A stretch of DNA of 64,000 nt, from positions 4,896,001 to 4,960,000 of the forward strand of contig OZ253564.1 of assembly GCA_965262915.1 (NCBI GenBank), read 5' to 3'. This document shows, in pieces, positions 39,341 through 49,993 of this stretch. Position 1 is the first letter of the stretch. Each line of letters opens with the position of its first letter. Source of the stretch: Candidatus Spongiisociaceae bacterium (lineage in GTDB: Bacteria > Actinomycetota > Acidimicrobiia > Spongiisociales > Spongiisociaceae). A program made the position numbers and the translations under genes. Under the pieces are notes generated by a model. The model did no database searches. It was not told the origin of the DNA and saw only the letters and a list, made by a program, of their open reading frames with translations.

Positions 39341-40754
39341 ATGGATGTCGACGTTTGTGGCAAATCCGCACTCGAACTCCTTGATGCATACACCCGTCGC
39401 ATTGTCTCTCCCGTGGAGGTCGTCGACGCCATCTTCGAGCGGATCGATACGCTCAATCCGTCGCTCAATGCCTTCGTTACGCTAGCCCGGGATGATGCCA
39501 GAGCTGATGCCCTTCGTGTCGAGGACGCGCTGGAAGCAAACGAAGGACCCCCTCGTCCCTTGCTGGGGATTCCGATCTCCATCAAGGACCTCACCCCTAC
39601 CCGCGGTTTGCGCACGACGTTCGGGTCCCTACTCTCGAAGGACTGGGTTCCTGGTACAGATTCGGTCGTCGTGGAGCGCCTTCGGGCGGCCGGGGCCATC
39701 ATCCTCGGAAAGACGAACACCTCCGAGTTCGGCTGGAAGGGAGAGGCCGGCAATCGGCTGATCGGCCCGACGCGTAATCCGTGGGGACTGTCGCGGACAT
39801 CCGGAGGGTCGAGTGGCGGATCGGCCGCTGCAGTTGCCGCCGGCATGGGGCCGGTCGCCCACGGGACGGATGGGGCTGGATCAGTCAGGATCCCCGCAGC
39901 GTTTTGCGGCGTGTTCGGCATGAAGCCGTCATTCGGCGTCCGTGCCCTACCACCCGGCCAGCCCGGTCGGTACATTGGCCCACACGGGCGCTCTGAGCCG
40001 AACTGTGGCCGACGCCCGCCTCCTGCTCTCGGTGATGTCGGGTGGGGACCCTCGGGACCGCTTCTCGATCGACCAACGTATCCCGGCAGAATCCTCGTCC
40101 ACGGAAGGTCTGGCTGCTAGCAGGGTGGCCTGGAGCGTCGATCTCGGCCATGCTCCCGTCGAGACCGAGGTTGTCGAGATAACCTCACGCGCCGTCGCCG
40201 CGTTCGAAGAACTCGGCTGTGATGTGGTAGAGGCACAACCCGACTTCGGAGATCCCTACGACGCGTTGGAATCGATCTGGGCCGCTGCCCACGCCGGCGC
40301 CCATCGTGACGACCTTGATGAGGTCAGGGAACTGATCGACCCCGGCCGCTTGGCCGTCATAGAGAGAGGGCGCGCTCTCGGCGCTCAAGACGTCGGCAGG
40401 GCACACATAGATCTGTCACGATTCGCGTCCGACGTTCTCGCGTTCATGGAGCCGTTCGATCTCCTGGTGACGCCGACACTTCCGCTGGCGGCTTTCGAGG
40501 CCGGCGCCGACCAGCCGGGATCGGTTGCCGGCAAAGAGACAGAGTATCTCAGTTGGACGCCGTTCACGTATCCTTTCAACATCACGGGACAGCCCGCCGC
40601 TACGGTGCCGTGTGGCTTCGATTCACAAGGACTTCCGGTTGGGCTGCAGATCGTGGGGAGGTGGCGGGACGATGAGACGGTCCTTCGAGCCGCCGCGGCG
40701 TTCGAGAGTATTCGCCCCTGGCCCCGGCTCGCACCGCTATCTACAACGCGATAG
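39341..40754 (+). pseudogene. Amidase-signature enzyme, frameshifted near 39940
   Basis: IKDL, GKTNTSEFG, GGSSGGSA, GTDGAGSVRIPA in ORF1; FTYPFNITGQPA..VP.G....GLPVGLQIVG in ORF2. Confidence 0.88.
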
Positions 40755-40874
40755 CAAAGAACTCTCCAGACCCAGGAGAGTGCTGAGCAATCCATCCGCG
40801 GTCCGTTGGTCGATGACAGAATACCGGGTCGTCGAACGGCGGACCGTCAGCAATCGTCATTGTTCAGCATTCTC

Positions 40875-41422
40875 CTACAGGCTTCTCAGGAAGTCTCTCG
40901 TGGTTCGGATCACTTCGGTCGGTCGTTCTACGGTCAGACCGTGGCTCGAGCCCTCCCCCACGAGCATCGAGAACCGACAGCCTGCGATCCTGCCATGGAT
41001 CTCGCGAGCGTAGGACGGAGGAATGAACGTGTCGTCTTCGCCTGCAATGACGAGCGCATCGCATCGTACCTTGTCCAGCCGATTCCGAACATCGTGGGCG
41101 ATCGCTGCTTCGAAATGAGCGACGATCGCTCGTCGGGATGGGTAGGAGGGCGACGACAGCATCTCGTCGATCTCCGGGGCGAGCCCCGCTTTCGCTCGAA
41201 GAAACGAATCCGAGAACACCAGATCGGCTACTCGCCGCTCGAGCCGCCTGATGGAACCGGTGGCGGCTTCGTTCCTGAGGCCGCTAAAGACCCGGCGCAG
41301 TGCATCATCCGTCGTGGCCCAAGGCGTCACCAGCACCAGCGATGTCACCACGTCCGGTTTGTGGAGAGCAAGTTCCAACCCCACGGCGGCACCCATCGAG
41401 ACGCCGATGACATGGACGGACG
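40875..41422 (-). pseudogene. Alpha/beta hydrolase, 5'-truncated
   Basis: VHVIGVSMGA nucleophile elbow, LVIAGEDD, SH...E.P; N-terminus missing. Confidence 0.75.
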
Positions 41423-42267
41423 CCGCACAGCGGCCCCACGGGCAAGTGTCGAACGACGGTGATCGCAATATCGTCGATGCAGTCGATTACCTGATCTCGG
41501 GGGTTGGCCGAGGCATCGGCGCCGTGGGGATCCAGGACGAGCGGATCTTCGCCGCGCGCGACTTCAAGAAGGGCGACGACCGGCCCGGTGGCTACAAGGC
41601 GACGGGCGGACACGGAGGGATTCTCGGCACCGTCGGTCCCCCGGTCACCCTGTGGTACCGGCCCGCCTACCGCCACACCACGCAGTCCGCCGTGACACTC
41701 GACCGGCTTCCTCAGACCGTGGCATTTCAGGAATACGCCGATGGGCCCGGCGAGGCCGGCATCAAGATCAAGGATCGATCCGGATCGCTGCTGGGGCAGG
41801 CGGCGCCTCGAGTGACCATCGTCAAGTACGGAGCGTTCATGGACGAGTCGGAGATCCTGGATCCGGACCTCGAGGTCGGCATCATGGCGAGGATCACAGC
41901 TTCGGTCGAGGAGCAGGCGAACGGCGACGGTCCCCACTTCCAGGGCTTCGTGCTCGAGGGCGACAGCCCATATGCGATGGGGAGCGGGAGTCAGGCTGCC
42001 GCACTGGAGGTAGGTACGTTCAGCGGCATGCCGGTCGTGCGAGTGGGGCGGGCCGATCCAGGCGGCCTCGTGCCGAGATTGTGGAGTGATCACACGATCC
42101 TCGGGAACAACCTGGATGCGAACAAGGCGCGGATGCTGCTGTCCGCAGCGATGTTGCGCCTTGGGCGGTTGCCGAAAGCTCGCGACCCGCGCAATCCGAC
42201 ACCGGCCGAACGCGAAGTGGTGACCCGGCGTATCGCGGAATATCAAAGGGTTTTCGACGAACACTAA
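41422..42267 (+). pseudogene. Asparaginase/glutaminase-like protein, 5'-truncated
   Basis: AAQRPH...SNDGDRNIVDAV, IFAARD..K, G.PVVRVGR, NL..NKARMLL, ..YQRVFD; N-terminal TGGT/HGT region absent. Confidence 0.7.
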
Positions 42268-42293
42268 CGATAGCTTGAAGGGGAGGAGGTCTG

Positions 42294-43868
42294 ATGGCGC
42301 ACGCAACTATGGGCCCGGGCGTTTCGAGAATCGAGGCGGACGTCGTGGTCGTCGGCTACGGGGCCGCAGGTGCTGCGACGGCGATCACCGCCCGGGAAGC
42401 GAGCGCCGAGGTGGTAGTGCTCGAGAAGATGCCAGAGGATGCGACCGATGCCGACGGAAACATCGTGGAGGTCAGGCACACGCCGAACAGCAGGTTCGCC
42501 TCCGGAATCGTTCTCAGCCCTACCGATCCGGATGCGGCGTTCGAATATCAAAAGGCGCTGACGGAAGCGTACGGGGTCTCCGACGTCCCCGACGAGATGC
42601 TGCGCGTGTGGGCCGCCATGATCTCCGAGAACGAATCGTGGCTATGTTCGCTGGAGGGGGATCTCGATTATTTCGAGGGCCATGAAGACGGCCCCTTCGG
42701 TCTGGGAGGCGGGCAGTACCCCGAACTCCCCGGGGCGGCTTCGACCCGTCGCGTTCAGAACAAGGGAGGGGGTTTCGGGCTCTTTGGGCACCTCGACGCC
42801 AACGTCGGTGCCGCGGGCGTTGAAATCCGGTACGGGACTGCTGCCGTCGGGCTGCTCCAGGATCCCCGCTCGCGGGCCATCACGGGCGTGCTGGCCGACG
42901 CCGACGGATCCGAGCTGGAGGTGAATGCTCGCCGTGGAGTGGTACTCACAACAGGCGGCTTCGAGTTCAACGAACGGATGAAGGCAACCTACCTGCGGGT
43001 CTGGCCGAGCCGGTTCTACGGTAATCCCGCCAACACAGGGGACGGGGTACGACTGGCGCAGTCGGTCGGAGCCGATTTGTGGCATATGAACAACATCTCC
43101 GGAATGGCCGTGGCGACGTGGCCCGGTGAGCGGCACTCGTTCTGGATCACCCCATGGCTGCGAACCGCCTTCCTAGCGACGGAGTTTCGAGACGGCAGCC
43201 CCCTAGGCTCCTACCCGCCCAGCTACGGCGTTGTGATCGTGGATCGGTACGGGAGGCGATTTGCCCAGGAGATCTACAAACCGTATTCGTTCTACTGGGA
43301 GATGAGTTATTTCGATACTGATCGTGCGGAATTCCCAAGAATCCCCTCACATATGATCTTCGACGAGCGCACGAGGCTCGAGGGGCCAGTCGCCAATCCG
43401 TCGGGGCCCTACGGGCCCATCAAACTCTACGAATGGAGTTCGGACAACAGCGCTGAGATCGACAGGGGATGGATCCGCACGGCCGACACGGTTGGCGGGC
43501 TTGCAGAGCTGATAGGTGTTCCGTCTGCGGCCCTCGAGGAGACGATCGAGAATTGGAATCGCTACTGCCGGGAGGGAAACGATCCCGAACACGGCCGCAA
43601 CCCTTCGACATTGACCCCCATCGACACGCCGCCCTTCTACGAGATCATCCAATGGCCCGGCAGCGGCAACACCCTCGGGGGACCTCGTCGAGATCAACGC
43701 GCCCGTGTGCTCGATCCCGACGGAAAGCCGATACCCCGGCTGTACAGCGCCGGGGAGCTGGGATCGATCTACGGTTTCCTCTATCAGGGTGGCGGGAACC
43801 TGGCCGAGTGCATCGCCTTCGGTCGACTCGCAGGTGCGAATGCGGCTGCGGAAGCTCCACGGCTATGA
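42294..43868 (+). CDS. FAD-binding oxidoreductase (3-ketosteroid dehydrogenase / fumarate reductase flavoprotein family)
   Basis: DVVVVGYGAAG, GVVLTTGGFE.N, NTGDG, T.GGP, PIPRLYSAGE.G, Y.GGGNL.EC..FGR.AG. Confidence 0.88.
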   Translation: MAHATMGPGVSRIEADVVVVGYGAAGAATAITAREASAEVVVLEKMPEDATDADGNIVEVRHTPNSRFASGIVLSPTDPDAAFEYQKALTEAYGVSDVPDEMLRVWAAMISENESWLCSLEGDLDYFEGHEDGPFGLGGGQYPELPGAASTRRVQNKGGGFGLFGHLDANVGAAGVEIRYGTAAVGLLQDPRSRAITGVLADADGSELEVNARRGVVLTTGGFEFNERMKATYLRVWPSRFYGNPANTGDGVRLAQSVGADLWHMNNISGMAVATWPGERHSFWITPWLRTAFLATEFRDGSPLGSYPPSYGVVIVDRYGRRFAQEIYKPYSFYWEMSYFDTDRAEFPRIPSHMIFDERTRLEGPVANPSGPYGPIKLYEWSSDNSAEIDRGWIRTADTVGGLAELIGVPSAALEETIENWNRYCREGNDPEHGRNPSTLTPIDTPPFYEIIQWPGSGNTLGGPRRDQRARVLDPDGKPIPRLYSAGELGSIYGFLYQGGGNLAECIAFGRLAGANAAAEAPRL

Positions 43869-43892
43869 GTGCGGCCACGTAGGAAGGTAAAC

Positions 43893-44822
43893 ATGCCGGT
43901 CGATCGCCAATCACAGGCCGTTCTCGATTACATGGCCAAGATGGAGAGGACACCGCTCCATGAGTTGACGCCCGCCCAAGCCCGCAAGAACGAGATGCTG
44001 GTCCTTGAGCCCGGTCCCGCGATGTCCTCGGTCACCGATGTCTCGATCCCCGGTCCCGGCGGTGAGTTGGACCTCCGGGTCTACGACCCTCACGGGGACG
44101 ATCCCAAGCCCACGCTGCTCTGGTTTCACGGAGGAGGCTGGGTACTCGGCGACCTCGACATGGAAGACGGAACGTGCCGCCGAATAGCGGCCCGGGCCGG
44201 ATGCAAGGTCGTCTCCGTCGACTATCGCCTCGCGCCCGAATCGAAGTTCCCGGCGGCTCCCGAGGACTGCTACGCGGCGGCTTCGTGGGTCGCGGCAAAC
44301 GGTTGGTCGATAGGACTCGACGGCGGAGTACTGGCCGTCGGCGGTGACAGTGCAGGTGGAACCCTCGCGGCTGCTGTTTGCCTCATGGCGCGAGACCGGA
44401 CCGGCCCCCCGATTCGCCACCAACTCATGGTCTGTCCGGTCATGGACCGCGATTTCTCCACCCCCTCGTACCTCGAGTGCGGTGATTCCTTTCGACCGAC
44501 AACGCAACTGATGCGGTGGTTCTGGCGTCACTACCTGGAGGATCCAGAAGATGTCTCCGATCCGCGGGCCGCTCCTCTCCGGGCAGGCGACTTCTCCGAC
44601 CTGCCCCCGGCGACCATCATCACGGCCGAGTACGACGTGCTCAGGAGCGAGGGGGAGGAATACGCGGCAAGGCTTCGAGACGCGGGCGGTCAGGTTACTC
44701 TGACTCGTTACGAGGGAACGATCCACTTCCTGGTCCTATTGGCCGATCGCATCGACAAAGGCCGGCGGGCTCTCGATGAACTCGCCCGTGCCTTGGCCTG
44801 GACCCAAGTATCCGGTTCCTGA
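43893..44822 (+). CDS. HSL-family (family IV) esterase/lipase
   Basis: FHGGGW, VDYRLAPE.KFP, GDSAGG, AEYDVLR.EG, H near C-terminus; AGGAAGG RBS. Confidence 0.93.
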   Translation: MPVDRQSQAVLDYMAKMERTPLHELTPAQARKNEMLVLEPGPAMSSVTDVSIPGPGGELDLRVYDPHGDDPKPTLLWFHGGGWVLGDLDMEDGTCRRIAARAGCKVVSVDYRLAPESKFPAAPEDCYAAASWVAANGWSIGLDGGVLAVGGDSAGGTLAAAVCLMARDRTGPPIRHQLMVCPVMDRDFSTPSYLECGDSFRPTTQLMRWFWRHYLEDPEDVSDPRAAPLRAGDFSDLPPATIITAEYDVLRSEGEEYAARLRDAGGQVTLTRYEGTIHFLVLLADRIDKGRRALDELARALAWTQVSGS

Positions 44823-44828
44823 TACTCA

Positions 44829-44972
44829 GAGGGTGCGCGGATAGGCGGACGCGACTGCTCCTATCCGTAGACCCAACCCGGTTTCCCCGCCGGAGAACCC
44901 CTGGTCAGGGCCGTGGACTCGTCAACCGTCGCGGTCACTGTTCCCCAGGTGAGCACCTATCCGCGCACCCTC
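44829..44972. mobile_element. 144-bp MITE family B (IS5/IS1031-like ends)
   Basis: Perfect 17-bp TIR GAGGGTGCGCGGATAGG; TCA duplicated on both sides. Confidence 0.88.
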
Positions 44973-45079
44973 TCAGGGTCGGTTTGGTCGCTGGGACCCG
45001 GTAACGGTTGGGGCCTAACCCTTCTACGAGGGACGCTGCCTGTCGCTGGCCGGCTCTCAACGAGACGGAGGTGATCAGA

Positions 45080-45270
45080 CAGAACGGCAGCGGCCATCCT
45101 CGATCCGCTTGAACGGTCGGGCCATACCTTGGCGCTAGGGGAAATCCACTTCGCTTTGGTGCCGCAGCCCGACTACCTGCGACTGCAATCCTGCCTCATC
45201 TCTCTCAGGAATCGGGGACTCGTAAAGCTCACGGGTCGGGGCCGCGGAACACGTTGGCAACGGTATAGAG
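45080..45270 (+). pseudogene. C-terminal winged-helix remnant (as in AlbA/RecG-C-like ATP-binding proteins)
   Basis: L..LRNRGLVKLTGRGRGTRW motif, with no upstream gene body. Confidence 0.45.
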
Positions 45271-45448
45271 CCGCTGACCTGGCTGATTCCGGGCTAATAC
45301 TCGGGGTCTACCCGCGCTCGAACGAGAACTCGCGACGACAGCTAGCCCTATTACGACTCAGAAAAACGGTGAGCAATAGGAGCACATTCTGGGAACGCGT
45401 CGCGCGTATTCCCCGGAATGAACCGCCAGGGTTGAGCGCGATCGAATT

Positions 45449-46681
45449 TCACCGGAGTCGGCTGGAAACAGCGAGGACGGACAGGACGTGGTCGATGTCG
45501 GCGGCGGTGTGGTCGGCGTTGACCTGGAGGCGGATCTCCTCGTCGCCTCTGGGCACGACGGGGTAGGCGAGGCCGGTTGCGAGGACCCCGCCCTCGAACA
45601 GGACCGATACCAGGCGGCGGGTCTCGTCGGTGTCGCGCAGCATCAGGGGCACGATGGGGTGGTCTCCGGGGATGATCTCGTAACCGAGTGACACGAGCCC
45701 GGACTCGAGCCGGCGGGTGAGGGCTTGGAGGCGGACGAGGAGTTCTCGGCCTTCCGGACCATCCAGGATCCGGAGGGCTGCCAGGGCGGCGCTCGCCTCG
45801 GCGGCGGTGATCGGGTTGGAGTAGATGTAGAACGGGGATGTCTCCCGGAGGAAGCGGATCACCGGGCCGGCGGACACGACGTATCCCCCGTTCACCGCGA
45901 GGGCCTTGCCGAGGGTGCCGATCAGCACATCCGCAGGCGCGCTACCCGTGTACTCCTCCGTCCCCCTGCCGGTGGGACCGAAGGCACCGACGCCGTGGGA
46001 GTCGTCCACGACCACCACGACGTTCTCGGGAAAGCCGCCGTCGTGTCGGCGGGCGATCTGCATGACCTCGTCGAGGGGAGCATGGTCGCCGCGCATCGAG
46101 AAGATCCCGTCGGTGACGACCACCGCTCGGCGCGCCCGGCCCCGTGCCTCCTCGAGTTGACGGTCCAGTGCCGCCATGTCCAGATGGGGGTACACGGACT
46201 TGCTCAGGGGCCGGGCCAGGCGGATCGCGTTGATGATGGAGTTGTGGTTGAGCTCGTCGGAGATGACCGTCGTGGTCGGATCGATGAGGGAGACCAGGGT
46301 GCCTACCACCGCGGCGTAGGCCGAGGAGAAGATCATCCCCTCCTCCCTTCCGTGGAAGGCGGCCAGCGTGGCCTCCAACTCGACGTGCGGTGTATGGGTT
46401 CCGATTATGAAGCGAACCGCGCCCGGGCCGGTTCCCATCGCCTGCGCGGTGGCCTCCTCGGCCCGGATCACCGTCGGATGCATCCCCAGCCCGAGGTAGG
46501 AGTTGGCGTTCATCCGGATGAAAGCCCGGTCCTCCTCGCCCTCGAGGAGAAAACGAGGGCCCCGTTCCCCTTCGGGAGGGAGGACTCCGCGAACCACGAC
46601 CTCGCTTCCTTTGGCGGTCCCCTGCTCCTCAAGGCCGGTGACATGGCGGGCGAGTATGTCTTTCAAGCGGTCCAGTGGCAT
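45449..46681 (-). CDS. kbl: Glycine C-acetyltransferase / AONS-family PLP enzyme
   Basis: ANSYLG, GAVRFI.GT, ISDELNHNSII, TDGIFSM.GD, DDSHG.G, GTLGKA, YPVVPRG. Confidence 0.85.
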   Translation of the reverse strand: MPLDRLKDILARHVTGLEEQGTAKGSEVVVRGVLPPEGERGPRFLLEGEEDRAFIRMNANSYLGLGMHPTVIRAEEATAQAMGTGPGAVRFIIGTHTPHVELEATLAAFHGREEGMIFSSAYAAVVGTLVSLIDPTTTVISDELNHNSIINAIRLARPLSKSVYPHLDMAALDRQLEEARGRARRAVVVTDGIFSMRGDHAPLDEVMQIARRHDGGFPENVVVVVDDSHGVGAFGPTGRGTEEYTGSAPADVLIGTLGKALAVNGGYVVSAGPVIRFLRETSPFYIYSNPITAAEASAALAALRILDGPEGRELLVRLQALTRRLESGLVSLGYEIIPGDHPIVPLMLRDTDETRRLVSVLFEGGVLATGLAYPVVPRGDEEIRLQVNADHTAADIDHVLSVLAVSSRLR

Positions 46682-46897
46682 TTCAATCTCGTGGTCTCGG
46701 AATCGACAGCCAGGATATCGTCATCCGCGCCGCGGCCTGCCGCGGCGCGAGGTCCGGCCCATATGCGCAACCGTGAGGCAATCCCGGACACTGGACAATC
46801 TCGTCCGCGACCTTTGGTCATCTGCGGTCTCCCACGCCGGACCTGCCCGCTTGCCCTACCTGCCGGGCGCGGTTAACGGGGTCTGCGGGGCTTCGGT

Positions 46898-47698
46898 ATG
46901 CCTGCTAGACATTGCGATGTGCCGACTCAAGCAGGTCTCAGGAGCGAGACGACTGTCGTCCTGATGCTCGTCGCCCTCACGACCGTGATGCCGATCGTGC
47001 CCCCAGGTGGAATCCTGCTCACCGGTGGGATCGCTGCGGCCGCACTCGCAACCATCGCTATACAGCAGCGGATGTCTGCAGCGGGTTCCATGGGCGTGCT
47101 GTTGGTTGCGGTTCTCGTATTCGGGTTGGTCGGCGTGGGCCCGCAGCAGGTGACATTCGCCCTTGCGTTCGTTGTCTACGGGGTGGTCATATCCCGAACG
47201 CTATGGCTGCGCGAGGCTGTGCGCTGGCGCGTCGCCGGGTCACGTGATCCTCGGCTCATAACCCTAGGCACCGGGTTCGGCCTGATTTCGGGGTTGGTCG
47301 TGTGGTTCTGGTACGCGGGGAGGCAGGCGGAGTTGGCTGATCTCGCCGAAATGGTGCCGGACTGGCCGATCTGGATCCTTCTACCGTCCGGCGTCGCGTT
47401 CGCCGTAGTCAATGCGGTACTCGAAGAGGCGGTTTATCGAGGGGTCGTGCAGGACGCTCTCGAGAGGGTTGTCGGCTCAGGGTCCACGTCCCTTGGATTG
47501 CAGGCGGCCGCTTTCGCAACGCTGCACTTTCAAACGGGCTTCCCCCGGGGCGTTGCCGGTATCGGCCTTGCCTTCCTCTATGGCTTGGTGCTGGGCGTGT
47601 TGCGCCGCCGCTCCCGGGGTCTGGCGGTACCGGTCGTCACCCACCTCGTCACCGATCTGGTAATCGTCGGGATCCTCCTTGCCCAGGTAGTTGGGTAG
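46898..47698 (+). CDS. CPBP (CAAX/Abi) intramembrane protease
   Basis: EEAVYRG, F...H, H...D motifs with multiple TMs; start uncertain. Confidence 0.85.
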   Translation: MPARHCDVPTQAGLRSETTVVLMLVALTTVMPIVPPGGILLTGGIAAAALATIAIQQRMSAAGSMGVLLVAVLVFGLVGVGPQQVTFALAFVVYGVVISRTLWLREAVRWRVAGSRDPRLITLGTGFGLISGLVVWFWYAGRQAELADLAEMVPDWPIWILLPSGVAFAVVNAVLEEAVYRGVVQDALERVVGSGSTSLGLQAAAFATLHFQTGFPRGVAGIGLAFLYGLVLGVLRRRSRGLAVPVVTHLVTDLVIVGILLAQVVG

Positions 47699-47814
47699 GT
47701 CCACCAGCAGGGCAACTACACCCGACTACCCTCCCGGGTCCTGCCCCAGGCGTTGCAAGCCGCGCCATAATCACCGGAAGAGCTACGTCAGCAGCCCGAT
47801 CAAGAGCGCCCGAA

Positions 47815-48624
47815 ATGGGAGATCACATGTTCGCCAGTTCATCTCGGCCCGTCGTGCGGATCAGCGCCGAGGGGCGTGCGGAGCACGTCGACCTCCTGCC
47901 GACCGAGGAGCCGGTCGAGTTCCGGATGGGAAGGGTGCCTATCGCCGTCCTGATGCGCACCCCCGGCCATGACGAGGAACTGGCCCGCGGGTTCGCCCTC
48001 ACAGAAGGTATCGTCCTGCGTCCGGGCGAACTGGCGGAGGTCCGGACCCTGCCGGGCAGGGACGGGGAGGGACGGTACGAGCTGGTTCTGGCCGACGGTC
48101 TGGAGATCGATCCGGAGCAGTTTCGCCGGAACCTGTATTCCACCTCGTCGTGCGGGGTGTGCGGCAAGGCGTCGATCGATGCGATACGGGTGACCTCGCC
48201 ACCGCTTCCGTCCGGCCCGACCGTTCCCGCGGACCTGCTGGTGGAGTTGATGGAGGCCATGCGCGCCGCCCAGGCCGGCTTCGAGGCGACCGGCGGACTG
48301 CACGCCGCGGCAGCCTTCACGCCGGACGGGGAGTTGGTGGGCCTGCGGGAGGACGTGGGCCGGCACAACGCCATGGACAAGCTGGTGGGGTTTCTCTCCG
48401 TCCGCGGATGGCCCTTGGACGAGATGATCATCACGGTCTCGGGACGGGTGTCCTTCGAGTTGGTACAGAAGGCGGCCGTGGCCGGGCTGAGCATCCTGGC
48501 GGGCGTGTCGGCGGCCTCCTCGCTGGCCGTGGACCTGGCCGACGAGCTGGGCCTGACGGTGGCCGGGTTCGTCCGCCCGGGCGGGTTCAACCTCTACACC
48601 CACCCCCACCGCGTAACCGCCTGA
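47815..48624 (+). CDS. fdhD: Formate dehydrogenase accessory sulfurtransferase
   Basis: EEP, MRTPG.D.EL..GF.LTEG, SSCGVCG, TGGLHAA, REDVGRHNAMDK, SGRVSFELVQKA. Confidence 0.95.
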   Translation: MGDHMFASSSRPVVRISAEGRAEHVDLLPTEEPVEFRMGRVPIAVLMRTPGHDEELARGFALTEGIVLRPGELAEVRTLPGRDGEGRYELVLADGLEIDPEQFRRNLYSTSSCGVCGKASIDAIRVTSPPLPSGPTVPADLLVELMEAMRAAQAGFEATGGLHAAAAFTPDGELVGLREDVGRHNAMDKLVGFLSVRGWPLDEMIITVSGRVSFELVQKAAVAGLSILAGVSAASSLAVDLADELGLTVAGFVRPGGFNLYTHPHRVTA

Positions 48625-48648
48625 ACCCGATCCCGACCGGCAGGACCG

Positions 48649-49128
48649 CTAGCGGTGCTCGGTGTCGCCGGCCAGCAACTGGAGGATGTGGGGTAGGAGG
48701 GGTTCGAGCGCATCGAGACCTTCCTTCACGGCTTTGGGGCTGCCCGGCAGGTTGACCACCAAGCACGAGCCGATCACCCCGGCCACACCGCGAGACAACG
48801 CCGCCATCGGTGTGTGTCGCAGACCCTCCGCCCTGACCAGCTCGGCAAGACCGGGAGCCGGGCGGTCGATGAGAGCCGTGGTGGCCTCGGGCGTCACGTC
48901 CCGGGGCCCGAAACCGGTCCCCCCCGTGGTGATGATCAGCCTCCTGTGGCGGGCCAGATCGGCCAGCAGACCCCTGATGAGCCGCTGCTCATCCGCCACC
49001 ACGTGCCGGTCCACCTCGAAGCGCATCTCCGCTAGGCGTCGGACGAGCACGTCTCCGGACAGATCTTCTCTCGTCCCGTGGGTTACGCCGTCGCTCACCG
49101 TGACCGCGGCCGTCGGTACCGGTTCCAT
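48649..49128 (-). CDS. MogA/MoaB molybdopterin adenylyltransferase
   Basis: [39 protein letters not shown]. Confidence 0.92.
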   Translation of the reverse strand: MEPVPTAAVTVSDGVTHGTREDLSGDVLVRRLAEMRFEVDRHVVADEQRLIRGLLADLARHRRLIITTGGTGFGPRDVTPEATTALIDRPAPGLAELVRAEGLRHTPMAALSRGVAGVIGSCLVVNLPGSPKAVKEGLDALEPLLPHILQLLAGDTEHR

Positions 49129-49194
49129 GCTCGTATGCTACGTGCCCGCCCCAGATAGCGGGAACACCCTGGCAGGTCGCTACCCTTCCGGCGC

Positions 49195-49980
49195 GTGTCC
49201 TGGATACTGCTGACCAACGACGATGGTGTCGACAGCCCGGCCCTCACGCCGTTCAGGGCTGCTCTCGAGGAGATGGGCGAGGTGCGTACCGTGGTTCCGG
49301 CCAGCGAGCGGAGCTGGATCGGCAAGGCCCTCACCCGGTTCGACGCCATCGAGGTGGCCGAGGTGGAACGGGGGGGCGCCAGGGTGGTGACGGTGTCGGG
49401 CACTCCTGCCGATGCTGTCCAGGTGGCGGCCTCCTACTTCGACATCCCGCCGGACCTGGTCGTGTCGGGGATCAACCTCGGCTACAACCACGGGGCCGGC
49501 TACATCATCTCGTCGGGAACGGTGGGAGCGGCCTTCGAGGGCTGGGAACTGGGCATCCCGGCCGTGGCATTCTCGGCCGGGATCCGGGGCAGGTGGGCCG
49601 AGTGGTACCGGTACATGCGCACGGAGGAGGCCGTTCCGGTGTGGGTTCGTCTGGCCGAACTGTGTACGGAGATCCTCGGCGACCTCCTTGGTGTCGAGAT
49701 GCCCGGCGACGTGGTCACCGTGAACGTTCCGTGGGAGGCCGACTCCTCCACACCTCGCCGGATCGTGCCTCCCGCCCGGGTTACCTATGGGCGGATCCAC
49801 CACCAGCGCCCCGACGGTAGCTTCGCCTTCCGCTACCGGGAGCAGTTCGGTGCGGTCTCACTGGAAGGTACCGATGTCGGGGCGAACCGAGCAGGACTGA
49901 TCGCCATCACCCCGCTCGCGGCGCCGACCTCGCCCCACGTGCCGGGCGAGGTACGGGAAAGGCTCGAGCGCAGCCGCTGA
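49195..49980 (+). CDS. surE: 5'/3'-nucleotidase SurE
   Basis: ILLTNDDG, GTPAD.V, DLVVSGIN.G.N, SGTVGAA.EG, NVP, ITPL. Confidence 0.92.
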   Translation: MSWILLTNDDGVDSPALTPFRAALEEMGEVRTVVPASERSWIGKALTRFDAIEVAEVERGGARVVTVSGTPADAVQVAASYFDIPPDLVVSGINLGYNHGAGYIISSGTVGAAFEGWELGIPAVAFSAGIRGRWAEWYRYMRTEEAVPVWVRLAELCTEILGDLLGVEMPGDVVTVNVPWEADSSTPRRIVPPARVTYGRIHHQRPDGSFAFRYREQFGAVSLEGTDVGANRAGLIAITPLAAPTSPHVPGEVRERLERSR

Positions 49981-49993
49981 TGGTCTGTCGGCG

